Below, in pieces: positions 49,337 through 57,946 of a stretch of 61,744 nt of DNA (position 1 is the first letter of the stretch; every line of letters begins with the position of its first letter). The notes below the pieces were generated by a model. That model did no database searches. It was not told where the DNA came from and saw only the letters and a list, made by a program, of their open reading frames with translations. The stretch lies in contig JASLBU010000234.1 of NCBI GenBank assembly GCA_030146365.1, forward strand, positions 1 through 61,744, in the 5' to 3' direction. Source of the DNA: Candidatus Limnocylindria bacterium (GTDB taxonomy: Bacteria > Chloroflexota > Limnocylindria > QHBO01). The position numbers and the translations under genes are program-made.

Positions 49337-50376
49337 TGCAAGACCTCCTGGAGCGCCGGTCCGGCGACCACACTGCCCGCCTGGGCCGAGTCCACCATCA
49401 GCCGCGCCAACAGGAGGGCGATCATCGCATCGTGAGGATCCACCGGTGCTGCACCTCCGTCTCGAACGGCGGCGGCAAACTCCGACAGCTCGACCACGAG
49501 GGGCTCCTGGCGGCGAATGGAGTAGCGGGTCATCTCCCCCTCCGAGACCGAGGTGATCGTCGTGTCGGCGCGTGGGCGCTCCCACGTCTCGACCGCGTGG
49601 AGGTTCGCGAACAGCACGAGGTCCTGGGCAATGTAGTCCGCCAGGTACATTCCCCGTTCTCCCGTGACGGTCAGCTGCCGCTGTTTGGTGGGTGTCAGCC
49701 AGTTGATGTCCAGCACCCCTATGACGCCGTTCGCGAACTTCATCACGCCGTTGAACAGGTCCTCGTGGTCGGTGTGGATTCGCCGCTCCGTCTCCGCGTA
49801 CAGGCGAATCGGCTCCGAGCCGACCAGGTACCGCATGACGTCGATGTCATGCGGGCCGAGGTCCACGACGACCCCGACGTCACGGATACGAGCCGGGAAG
49901 GGACCGAGGCGCGTCGCCTTGACCTGGAAGATTCGACCGAGCTCGCCCGCCTGGACGCGGCGGCGCAGCTCGCGGATGGCCGGGTTGAACCGTTCGATGT
50001 GCCCGACGGTCAGGATGCGCTGTGCCGCCGCGGCCGCGGCGATCATCTCGAGAGCTTCCTCGCGGGTGGCGGCAATCGGCTTCTCGACGAGCACGTGCAC
50101 CCCGGCCCCCAGCGCCGCGAGAGTGACCGGCAGGTGCAGGCTGGTCGGCGCGACGATGCTGACCAGGTCGAGGCCCTCCTCGCCCAGCATGCGCTCCACA
50201 CTGGCGTAGCCACGCGCCCTCCGGCCGGCGGTGGCCCGTTCGACGGCGTCAGCATCGGGGTCCGCGACGGCGACCAGCTCGACGTTCGGCACCGCCTCGT
50301 CCCACACGCGGACATGGTTTCGACCCATCATTCCCAACCCGACGACGCCGGCCCGCAGCGGCTTCGCGTCACTCAT
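49333..50376 (-). CDS. wbpB: Gfo/Idh/MocA oxidoreductase (WbpB-like UDP-GlcNAcA 3-dehydrogenase candidate)
   Basis: LRAGVVGLGMMGRNHVRVW and VLVEKPIA fit the family. Its position between the dehydrogenase and the aminotransferase supports the call. Confidence 0.75.
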   Translation of the reverse strand: MSDAKPLRAGVVGLGMMGRNHVRVWDEAVPNVELVAVADPDADAVERATAGRRARGYASVERMLGEEGLDLVSIVAPTSLHLPVTLAALGAGVHVLVEKPIAATREEALEMIAAAAAAQRILTVGHIERFNPAIRELRRRVQAGELGRIFQVKATRLGPFPARIRDVGVVVDLGPHDIDVMRYLVGSEPIRLYAETERRIHTDHEDLFNGVMKFANGVIGVLDINWLTPTKQRQLTVTGERGMYLADYIAQDLVLFANLHAVETWERPRADTTITSVSEGEMTRYSIRRQEPLVVELSEFAAAVRDGGAAPVDPHDAMIALLLARLMVDSAQAGSVVAGPALQEVLQ

Positions 50377-51475
50377 GGACCGACACAGCCTCGACCGGCC
50401 CGAGCTCCGCGGCGGTGGCGTTCACGGCCTCGATCACCGCGGACACCTCATCGTCGTCGAGCGACGGGTGCACCGGAATGCTCAGGACCTCCGCGGTCAG
50501 GCGATCCGTGATCGGGTAGGACTCCTCCCCGTAGCCGAGGGCGAGGAAGGGCTTCTGGCGATGCACGGGGATCGGGTAGTAGATCGCGCTGCCCACGCCG
50601 AGCGACTTCAGCCGCTCCGCGAATGCGTCGCGCTCCCGAACCCGGATCGTGTACTGGTGGTAGACGTGCGCGACGCCGGGTCGGACCGCCGGCATCACGA
50701 CGCCCCGCAGCTCCGCGTCGTAGCGGGCGGCGATCGCACGTCGCCGATCGTTGAACTGGTCCAGCTTCGGCAGCTGGGCCAGGCCGATCGAGGCCGCAAT
50801 ATCGGTCATGCGGAAGTTGTAGCCGACGATGTCGTGGTGGTAGCGCACCTTCATCCCGTGCTCGCGAAGCAGGCGCACCCGCTCGGCGAGCTCGGGGTCG
50901 TCGGTGGTCAGCATCCCGCCCTCTCCGGTCGTCATGTTCTTCGTCGGGTAGAAGCTGAAGGTGCCGGCGCCCCAGGTTCCGCTCCGACGGCCATCGATCG
51001 CGGCACCATGCGCCTGGCAGGCGTCCTCCACCACGGCCAGGCCGTGCCGGGTCGCAAGCTCCTGGATCTCGTCCATGCGCGCCGGCTGCCCGTACAGGCT
51101 CACGGGCAGGATCGCCTTCGTCCGAGGCGTGAGCGCCGCCTCGACCCTGGCGACGTCCATCGTGAAATCCCGCTCGTCGATGTCCACGAACACCGGGCGC
51201 GCCCCCGTGAAGAGAATGCTGTTCGCGCTGGCGATGAAGGTGAACGGCACGGTCACCACCTCGTCGCCCTCGCCGATGCCGTTGGCGAGCAGCGCCAGGT
51301 GCAGGGCCGTGGTTCCGGAGCTCGTGGCCACGGCATGCGCCACGCCGATGTACTGCGCGAACTGCTCCTCCAGCGCCTGCACGCGGGGCCCCTGCGCCAG
51401 GGATCCAGAGGCCATCGCCTCCCAGACACGAGATTTCTCCTCGTCGCCCATCTGGGGACGCGCGATCGGGATCAC
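50369..51475 (-). CDS. wbpE: DegT/DnrJ/EryC1 aminotransferase (WbpE-like)
   Basis: IPIARPQMGDEEK, SSGTTALHLAL, and the PLP-Lys region SFYPTKNMTTGEGG are diagnostic. Confidence 0.85.
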   Translation of the reverse strand: MIPIARPQMGDEEKSRVWEAMASGSLAQGPRVQALEEQFAQYIGVAHAVATSSGTTALHLALLANGIGEGDEVVTVPFTFIASANSILFTGARPVFVDIDERDFTMDVARVEAALTPRTKAILPVSLYGQPARMDEIQELATRHGLAVVEDACQAHGAAIDGRRSGTWGAGTFSFYPTKNMTTGEGGMLTTDDPELAERVRLLREHGMKVRYHHDIVGYNFRMTDIAASIGLAQLPKLDQFNDRRRAIAARYDAELRGVVMPAVRPGVAHVYHQYTIRVRERDAFAERLKSLGVGSAIYYPIPVHRQKPFLALGYGEESYPITDRLTAEVLSIPVHPSLDDDEVSAVIEAVNATAAELGPVEAVSVHE

Positions 51476-52587
51476 GATGCGGTTGCCTCCTGTGCATTGG
51501 TCGCACCAGCGGCAGTGTGGTGCTGTTCGAGTGCCGCGACGATCCGGGTCGCAGCACAGCCGTCACCGTACAACTCCGGTCGGGGCCGGGAGCGATCGAG
51601 GAAAGCGGGGTCGGCGAGGGCCGCGCGCAGTGCGGCCGGATCGTCGTCCACCACGCGGTTCCAGCCGGCGTCGACCGTCTCGACCCACTCGGTCTCGGAG
51701 CGGAGGGTCACGCACGGCACGCCGGAAAGGTACGCCTCCTTCTGCACTCCGCCCGAGTCGGTGGCGATGACGTGGGCCCGCGCCTCGAGCGCCACCATCT
51801 GCAGGAACCCCACGGGGTCGATGGCGATGACATTGATCGGGAGGCCGTGGAGGCCTCGCTCGAGAATCCCACGCGTCCGCGGATGGACGGGAAAGATGAT
51901 CGGCAGGTCGACTTCCAGGCCCGACAGGATCCGGCGGAAGCGCTCCGGGTGGTCGACGTTCTCCGCACGATGGATGGTCAGAAGCACGTACGGAGCGTGC
52001 CTGCGCGCGATGTCCGGGAGGTGCGCATCAGCCCGCGCCGCGGCCCAGGCGTGCGCATCGACCATCACGTCGCCGACCAGCTTTGCCCGCTCGCCGAGGC
52101 CCTCCCGGCGCAGGTGCCCCATGGCCGTCGCGGTCGGCGCCAGGGCGAGATCGGCAAGGTGGTCCACTGCCACGCGATTCCGCTCCTCAGGCATGCGGCG
52201 GTTGAACGACCGCAGGCCGGCCTCGACGTGCGCCAACCAGGGGCGTCGCCCACCCGGGTAGGCCAGCTTGGCGGCGACCAGCGCGGCGGCGAGCGTCGAA
52301 TTGGTGTCGCCGAAGACGACCACGCCATCCGGCTCGTGCTCCAGCACGACCGGCTCCAGTCGCTGGAGCATCTGTCCGGTCATGGACCCGTGCGACCCGC
52401 TCCCGACCTCCAGGTTCACGGCAGGCTCCGGGATCTCCAGGTCGCGAAAGAAGTCCCCGCTCATCGACGCGTCGTAGTGCTGGCCGGTGTGGACCAGGAT
52501 CTCGGCATGTGACGTGCGAAGCGCCCGGCTGACGGGGGCGGCCTTGACGAACTGCGGCCGCGCTCCGACCACTGTCATCACCTTCAC
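51472..52587 (-). CDS. wbpI: UDP-N-acetylhexosamine(uronate) 2-epimerase (WbpI/WecB-like)
   Basis: MTVVGARPQFVKAAPV, VHTGQHYD, VVVFGDTNSTLA and HVEAGLRSFNRRMPEE are present. The start is either the GTG at 52587 (GTGA overlap) or the ATG at 52578. Confidence 0.85.
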   Translation of the reverse strand: MKVMTVVGARPQFVKAAPVSRALRTSHAEILVHTGQHYDASMSGDFFRDLEIPEPAVNLEVGSGSHGSMTGQMLQRLEPVVLEHEPDGVVVFGDTNSTLAAALVAAKLAYPGGRRPWLAHVEAGLRSFNRRMPEERNRVAVDHLADLALAPTATAMGHLRREGLGERAKLVGDVMVDAHAWAAARADAHLPDIARRHAPYVLLTIHRAENVDHPERFRRILSGLEVDLPIIFPVHPRTRGILERGLHGLPINVIAIDPVGFLQMVALEARAHVIATDSGGVQKEAYLSGVPCVTLRSETEWVETVDAGWNRVVDDDPAALRAALADPAFLDRSRPRPELYGDGCAATRIVAALEQHHTAAGATNAQEATAS

Positions 52588-53180
52588 CCGGGCACGCCTG
52601 GCGGGAAGGCCGCACCACAACGCGGGCATGCCCCGACGTACTCACCGCCGTCAGCGTCGCGAAGCGGCTGGCCACACGAACAGACGCTGCCGAGCCGTCG
52701 CGCCGGGTTGCCGGCCACGAGTTGGTGTGCGGCGACGTCGCGCGTGACGACGCTTCCCGAGCCGACCATCGCCCACTGGCCGATCGTGACGCCCGGGAGG
52801 ATCGTGGCGTTCGCCCCGAGCGCGGCGCCGTAGCGGATGACGATCGGCGACACCTCCCAGTCGGCATCGACCTTGAGGGTACCGTCCGGGTTGATGGCCC
52901 GCGGAACGCGGTCATTGGTAAAGCACACGTGCGGGCCGACGAACACGCCGTTCTCGATCGTCACACCGCGAAACACGCTGACGTTGTTCTGAATCTTGAC
53001 GTCGTCTCCGATGACCACGTCCACGTCGATATATGCATTCTTTCCGACGATGCAGCGGGCGCCGATGCTGGCGCGCTCGCGCACCTGGGCCTGGTTCCAG
53101 ATGCTGGTGCCGGGACCGATGCGCGCCTCGGGCGATACGTCGGCCGTGGAGTGGATGCGCACCGCCGCACGCTCAGTCAT
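52584..53180 (-). CDS. wbpD: Left-handed beta-helix N-acetyltransferase (WbpD-like) with a Cys4 C-terminal tail
   Basis: The hexapeptide repeats IGPGTSIWNQAQVRERASIGARCIVGKNAYIDVDVVIGDDVKIQNNVSVFRGVTIENGVFVGP fit the family. AAGGAG lies 6 nt upstream of the ATG at 53180. The tail is CSCGQPLRDADGGEYVGACPRC. Confidence 0.85.
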   Translation of the reverse strand: MTERAAVRIHSTADVSPEARIGPGTSIWNQAQVRERASIGARCIVGKNAYIDVDVVIGDDVKIQNNVSVFRGVTIENGVFVGPHVCFTNDRVPRAINPDGTLKVDADWEVSPIVIRYGAALGANATILPGVTIGQWAMVGSGSVVTRDVAAHQLVAGNPARRLGSVCSCGQPLRDADGGEYVGACPRCGAAFPPGVPG

Positions 53181-53206
53181 TTGCGCTCCTTGGGGCTGCA
53201 CCGATT

Positions 53207-54676
53207 CTACCCGAAGGCACCGCCGGGTTCGGCTGGCGCGACCGTTGCCCTGAGCGCGGCCCGCAGGCGTCCGAGCGGTGCCCGCGCGACGATGAGGATC
53301 GCTGCCACCGCGACGGCGGCCACCCCCCCGCGGACGACAACGGGGGGGAGCGCGTTGAGCCGGCCCGCCAGCGTCACCGACCAGATGGCACAGCCCGCCG
53401 CCACGGCGACGATCATCCCGAGACGTCCAGCGTCGAGGGAGATTGCGACGCGATGGCGCGCCAGCGCCCCGATAAGCACCGCGAGCACCGTGTAGGCCGC
53501 CAACGTCGACCACGCCGCCCCCATGATGCCGATGCCGGGGATCAGGACGATGTTGAGGACGACGCTCACCAGTGCCGCCACCAACGTCAGGACCGGCATC
53601 CGGCGAGTGTCACGAACGAGGTAGAGGCCGCTGGCGAGCATGAGCCCCGCCGCGTGAACCGCCGAAGCGAGCGCCACGACGGCGGCGACATCGCCGGCGG
53701 CGGCCCATTCGGGTGGCGCGACGAGCGCAACGAGGTCCGGCGCCAGGGCCGCGATGACGGCAGCCATGGCCGCGAAGCCGGCGATCACCACGGTGGTGGC
53801 CTCCCGCAGCACGATCTTCGCGTGCGGGGTACCCGACAATCGGTACAGCAGCGGGAGCCACGCCGCGTTGAAGGAGATGGCCGCCAGACCGACCGCATAT
53901 CCGAGCTGGTAGCCGAGTGAGTACACTCCGATCTCCGCCAGCCTTTCGGCCGCCGAGACGCCCAGTAGCAGCCCGAGCAGCCATCTATCGGAGACGTTGA
54001 GTAGCCACCCGGCCAGCGCATGCGGAAGGAGCGGCAGGCCGAAGTCCAGAGAGCGGCGCGCGAGGTCTTTTCGGAACCGCCACGGGCGTTGCGACCACAG
54101 GATGGCTCCCGCGGCCGTCGCCATCACCGTGGCGCCGGCGAGCTGCCCGACGAGGCTGCCGATCGCCCCGAGGCGGGCGACCACGACCAGTGCCAGCGTG
54201 GCCGCCACGACGGCCGCGAATGCCGCGACGGCGAGGGCGAGGTACCGCTCGGTCTGCTCATGTGCCCGAAACCAGACTGATGGCACGTATTGGAACGCGT
54301 TCGCGGCGGCGATGCCAATCGCCAGCAGGAAGACGAGGTGGCTGCCGGTGTCGGGAGCCAGCACCGGCGCCAGGATGACGCCCAGAAGCGTTGAGACCGC
54401 CGCGGCGGTGAGGCTCATGGCCGCCACCGTCGCGTAGAGCGACCGGCGCCCGACGCCTTCGACGTCGAAGTGGAGCCGCAGCAGCGCTGCGTCGAGGCCG
54501 AGCCGATAGACGGTTGCCAGCAGCAGGGCGGCCGATCCGGCCAGGCTCACCGTGCCGAAGTCCGCCTGGCTGAGGAAGCGAGCATAGATCGGGAGCAGCA
54601 GGAACGCGCCCGCCCGGGGCAGCAGGTTGGCGATCGTCACCAGCACCGAACCACGCGCCAACGCGCGCAGCATCAC
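53207..54676 (-). CDS. wzx: Polysaccharide flippase, MOP/PST (Wzx) family, second copy
   Basis: The N-terminus ANLLPRAGAFLLLPIYARFLSQADFGTVSL is followed by many TM helices. It is collinear with 19865..21334. Confidence 0.8.
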   Translation of the reverse strand: MMLRALARGSVLVTIANLLPRAGAFLLLPIYARFLSQADFGTVSLAGSAALLLATVYRLGLDAALLRLHFDVEGVGRRSLYATVAAMSLTAAAVSTLLGVILAPVLAPDTGSHLVFLLAIGIAAANAFQYVPSVWFRAHEQTERYLALAVAAFAAVVAATLALVVVARLGAIGSLVGQLAGATVMATAAGAILWSQRPWRFRKDLARRSLDFGLPLLPHALAGWLLNVSDRWLLGLLLGVSAAERLAEIGVYSLGYQLGYAVGLAAISFNAAWLPLLYRLSGTPHAKIVLREATTVVIAGFAAMAAVIAALAPDLVALVAPPEWAAAGDVAAVVALASAVHAAGLMLASGLYLVRDTRRMPVLTLVAALVSVVLNIVLIPGIGIMGAAWSTLAAYTVLAVLIGALARHRVAISLDAGRLGMIVAVAAGCAIWSVTLAGRLNALPPVVVRGGVAAVAVAAILIVARAPLGRLRAALRATVAPAEPGGAFG

Positions 54677-54735
54677 CGAGATGACCGGAGCGTGGGATTC
54701 ACGGCCCGAATTCTACGGGCCGCCTGTTTCGAGAC

Positions 54736-57225
54736 TCAGTCGCCGAGCGCGCGGTGCAGGAATGCCGCCATCTGCTCGCGCGTGATGGTCATCTTCGGGC
54801 AGTACGTCGTCGCGCTGCAGCCGCCGGTGATGCCGGCGTGCGCCAGGCGATTGATATCCGCCTCGTGCGGGCTCCCGGCGTCATCGGTGAAGTAATCCCG
54901 CGGCGCCGTGGGCAGCTGCAGCGCGCGAGACAGGAAGCTGGCCATCTGTTCGCGGGTCACTGCCCCACGGGGACAGAAACGGCCCGGAGCACAGCCGCCG
55001 GTGATAGCCGAGCCGGCCAATCGGTTGATGTCCGCCTGGTGCGGGCTGGCGGAGTCGTCGGTGAAGTAGTCCGCGGTCGTCAGCGGGAGGGCAAGGGCTC
55101 GGCCGAGGAAGCTGGCCATCTGCTCGCGGGTCACGGTTGCCTGCGGGCAGAACTCGTCGGTGGCGCAGCCGGCGGTGATGCCGGTCTCCGCCAGCCAGGC
55201 GATGTCATATTCGAAGGAAGAACCGATGGTGTCAGAGAAGCCGCTGATTCCGGTGGTGAAGGTCCAGGACGTCGGGCTGACCGCGTTCCCGGCCGTGTCG
55301 CGGACGGCAGCGGTGACCTCGACGCGGTGGAGGCGCTCTGCCGCGAGCTTGGTGCCGATCGTCAGCGTGGCCTGCCGGCGGCTGGCGTCGTATGTCACGG
55401 TGGCGGGAGCCACCGCATTCGTGGCCATGTCGCGCACCAGAATGGTGCTCGTCGAGACGTTGGTGACCGGTTCGTCGAACCCGACGACAACCGCGCCGAA
55501 CCGGCTCACGTTCAGCGCGCCGGGTGCTGGGAGGCGAGACGTGACCGTGGGCGCGACGGTGTCGACGTAGCTCGGTGTGATCGAGTAGGGCGACCGGCTC
55601 CCATTGGCGTAGAAGTTGATGACTCGCACCAGGAGGCGGGTCGGTCCGCTGACGGCGTGCTGAGCGAGCTCGACGCCCGACTCCCATTCGTTGTCCACCC
55701 GCTTGATCAGGGTGCCATTGGTGGTGTAGAGCTCCACGATGGGGTCGACCGGCAGGGAGCTCTGGCGCCAGGTCCAGTCGAGCGTCTCGACCACGCCGGT
55801 CACCCGGACGTCCAGTCGTCCGGCCCGCGGCACATCGACCGCGAACACGTCGGCGTCGCCGGCCGGGTAGATCGTCGGCAGGGTGGCGGTCTCGAGCGGA
55901 ATCCACCGCGCGGCGTCGAGGCTGTCGTTGGTCTCGAGGCCGTCCCCCGCCGGACGGGGCGAGGCGGCGACGCTGGCGCCGAGGGCTCGGTACGCGTTGA
56001 CGCGGCCGCGTCCATATCGATTATCAAAGCCGGTGTAGCCGAGATCGTCGACGGTGGCGTACAGCCGATCCACCACCTGCTGCGGCGTCCAGGCCGGATT
56101 CCTGGCGCGGATGAGCGCAACGACGCCGGCCACATTTGGCGTCGCGAACGACGTTCCGCTGATGTAGGTGTGCGAACCCCACGACGCATGCGGACAGCTG
56201 CTCGCGATGCAGTTCGTCGTGAGGACCGATGAGCCCGGGGCGCTGACGTCGACCGCCGGCCCATAGCTGGACCAGTGGCTGAACTCGTCCCGCGGCTGAG
56301 TCGCGCTGACGCTGATGACATGATTGAGGCTCGCCGGGTAGAAGCTCTCCTCCCGGTTGTTGTTGCCGGCCGCACCGACGAGGACGGCCCCCTTGTTCCA
56401 GGCGTAGGTCACCGCGTCCTGGACGGCCTGGCTGTACGGGAATCCGCCCACGCTCATGTTGATCACGGTGGCGCCGTTATCGGCCGCCCAGATGATCCCG
56501 TTCACGAGGGCCGACGTGGAGCCGGTGCCGGAGCTGTTCATGATCTTCACCGGCAGGATCTTGTCGGACCAGCTGATGCCGGCGATGCCGTAGCCGTCGT
56601 CCGGCTTGGCCGCGATGATGCCGGCCACCCAGGTGCCGTGGCCGTTGTCGTCCGCAGCGTTCAAGTCGCCGTTGACGAAGTCGCGGCCGGGCAGGACGCG
56701 TCCGGAGAGGTCGGGATGGTCGGGCTGGACGCCCGTATCCAGCACGGCGACTTTCCCCGCTCCGCCCTTCGACAGCGACCACGCATCCCGCACGCGCATG
56801 CGGTCGAGCGAGTACTGGCCCTCGGTCTGCGGATCGTTCACGCCCACGGCGGCCACCGCGCCGTCATTGATGACGCGGACCACGTAGCTCGGCTCCGCGT
56901 AGTCGACCCCGGGGTCGGCACGAAGCTCGGCGAGCACCTGGTCGACCGGGCGACCACCGGTCGTTGCGGCCACCGGGAGCCCGACACCCTGTGGCCCCGC
57001 CGGGGCGGCGATCGCGAGGCCGCGCGCCCGCGCGGCATCGCCGGCCGTGGCGCCGTCGCGGAACTTGACGATCACCTCGCCCGGGACCACCTCGGCAGCC
57101 TCGTGCACCACGGGAGGCGCATCGGCCTCGGCGGGAGGGGCAGGCTTGGGTCCATCGGCCGCGACCGGCAGTACGCCGGCGAGCAGGAGAAGAAAGGCGA
57201 GGAGAGTCGAGAGGGCTCGGGACAC
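54736..57225 (-). CDS. Secreted subtilisin-like S8 protease with I9 propeptide, PPC domain, Ig-like (SbsA/Big_5-like) domain and a 3x SLH-like module
   Basis: The catalytic triad lies in VAVLDTGV, GHGTWVAGIIAA and GTSFATPNVAGVVAL. The PPC-like region is YPAGDADVFAVDV. The Ig-like region is DTVAPTVTSRLPAPGALNVS....VVGFDEPV. The GTG at 57225 is preceded by GGAG and gives a signal peptide. Confidence 0.85.
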   Translation of the reverse strand: MSRALSTLLAFLLLLAGVLPVAADGPKPAPPAEADAPPVVHEAAEVVPGEVIVKFRDGATAGDAARARGLAIAAPAGPQGVGLPVAATTGGRPVDQVLAELRADPGVDYAEPSYVVRVINDGAVAAVGVNDPQTEGQYSLDRMRVRDAWSLSKGGAGKVAVLDTGVQPDHPDLSGRVLPGRDFVNGDLNAADDNGHGTWVAGIIAAKPDDGYGIAGISWSDKILPVKIMNSSGTGSTSALVNGIIWAADNGATVINMSVGGFPYSQAVQDAVTYAWNKGAVLVGAAGNNNREESFYPASLNHVISVSATQPRDEFSHWSSYGPAVDVSAPGSSVLTTNCIASSCPHASWGSHTYISGTSFATPNVAGVVALIRARNPAWTPQQVVDRLYATVDDLGYTGFDNRYGRGRVNAYRALGASVAASPRPAGDGLETNDSLDAARWIPLETATLPTIYPAGDADVFAVDVPRAGRLDVRVTGVVETLDWTWRQSSLPVDPIVELYTTNGTLIKRVDNEWESGVELAQHAVSGPTRLLVRVINFYANGSRSPYSITPSYVDTVAPTVTSRLPAPGALNVSRFGAVVVGFDEPVTNVSTSTILVRDMATNAVAPATVTYDASRRQATLTIGTKLAAERLHRVEVTAAVRDTAGNAVSPTSWTFTTGISGFSDTIGSSFEYDIAWLAETGITAGCATDEFCPQATVTREQMASFLGRALALPLTTADYFTDDSASPHQADINRLAGSAITGGCAPGRFCPRGAVTREQMASFLSRALQLPTAPRDYFTDDAGSPHEADINRLAHAGITGGCSATTYCPKMTITREQMAAFLHRALGD
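54739..55239 (-). repeat. 3x SLH-like repeat module (Cys-pair variant)
   Basis: The repeats contain [36 protein letters not shown] and GCSATTYC..ITREQMAAFL. Confidence 0.8.
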
Positions 57226-57361
57226 GCTATGGGGACTCCGGTGCGGTGGACGCAGTCGAGGGCCGATGTGGCGACACCCCGTTTGACCTGCGTCAACCGT
57301 ATGGTTCCGCACCACATTCCACGACCGGACCAATGTCGGCCACCCGACTGGGACCGATGGA

Positions 57362-57946
57362 CTAGTCGGCGCCCACCAGCGCTCGCAGCGTGGGGAGGGC
57401 GGCGGCGACGGCACGGCCGCGGTGGCTGACCCGATCCTTGGCGGGCTCCGGCAGCTCGGCCATGGTGGTCCCCGACGGAAGCAGGAAGATCGGGTCGTAG
57501 CCGAACCCGCCGCCGCCCCGCTGCTCGAGCGCCACGCTGCCCCCCACGACGCCTTGGAACGTGGCCGTCACGGATGCGCGGGGGGGAATCGCCACCGCCA
57601 CGACGCAGACCATGCGCGCCCGGCGGTCCGGCTCCGCACCGAGGGCCTCGAGGACCCGCTCGGCGTTTCGACCGCCGCCCCAGCGCGCGCTCCGTACGCC
57701 CGGACCCCAGTCGAGCGCCGCGATCTCGATCCCCGAGTCATCGGCCAGGCTCGGCAGGCCGGAGGCGCCGGCGTAGGCCTCCGCCTTGACGATGGCGTTC
57801 TCTGCATAGGTTTCATGGGGCTCATCCACCTGGAGGTCGAGCCCGATCTCGTCCGGGGTGACCAGCTCCGCAGGCAGCTGCGCCAGCAGACGGCGGAACT
57901 CCCGCTGCTTGCCCGCGTTCGTCGTGGCGATGAGCAGCCGGCTCAC
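57362..57946 (-). CDS. rdgB: Non-canonical purine NTP pyrophosphatase (RdgB/HAM1)
   Basis: [32 protein letters not shown] and GFGYDPIF are diagnostic. There is a GTGA overlap with rph. Confidence 0.9.
   Translation of the reverse strand: MSRLLIATTNAGKQREFRRLLAQLPAELVTPDEIGLDLQVDEPHETYAENAIVKAEAYAGASGLPSLADDSGIEIAALDWGPGVRSARWGGGRNAERVLEALGAEPDRRARMVCVVAVAIPPRASVTATFQGVVGGSVALEQRGGGGFGYDPIFLLPSGTTMAELPEPAKDRVSHRGRAVAAALPTLRALVGAD

Noticed and set aside
50231-52261. Very long alternative-frame or antisense ORFs from the track. Examples are 50231..52261 (+, 676 aa), 2516..4027 (+, 503 aa), 47825..49435 (+, 536 aa), 54754..56232 (+, 492 aa), 32858..34315 (+, 485 aa), 35429..36817 (-, 462 aa), 15403..16761 (-, 452 aa), 44337..45605 (+, 422 aa) and 38219..39463 (-, 414 aa).
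   Set aside because: Each lies opposite to, or out of frame with, a gene that has clear family motifs. Their translations are Arg/Gly/Pro/Asp-rich with no recognisable motifs. This is the expected behaviour of stop-poor shadow frames in very GC-rich DNA.
54739-55239. A regularly spaced DNA repeat occurs three times per locus at ~170-177-bp intervals. Its core is GAAGCTGGCCATCTG[CT]TCGCG[CG]GT[CG]AC (or its reverse complement CGCGAGCAGATGGCCAG in the plus-strand gene at 42333-42824). It is present in six loci (also 6957-7448, 8252-8749, 42333-42824, 58724-59224, 59843-60343). It could be mistaken for a CRISPR-like or REP array.
   Set aside because: The period is about 57-59 codons. The repeats lie in frame inside long, well-supported CDS and encode [10 protein letters not shown] of the SLH-like protein repeat. 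The spacers between them are also conserved at protein level, and copies differ mainly at synonymous positions. This is a protein-domain repeat and not a CRISPR or intergenic repeat.
57283-57296. Palindrome TTGAC-CTGC-GTCAA upstream of the S8 protease gene, as a possible operator or -35 element.
   Set aside because: It has only 5-bp arms, and there is no matching -10 at proper spacing on the coding strand. Such short palindromes are expected by chance, so it is not reported as a feature.
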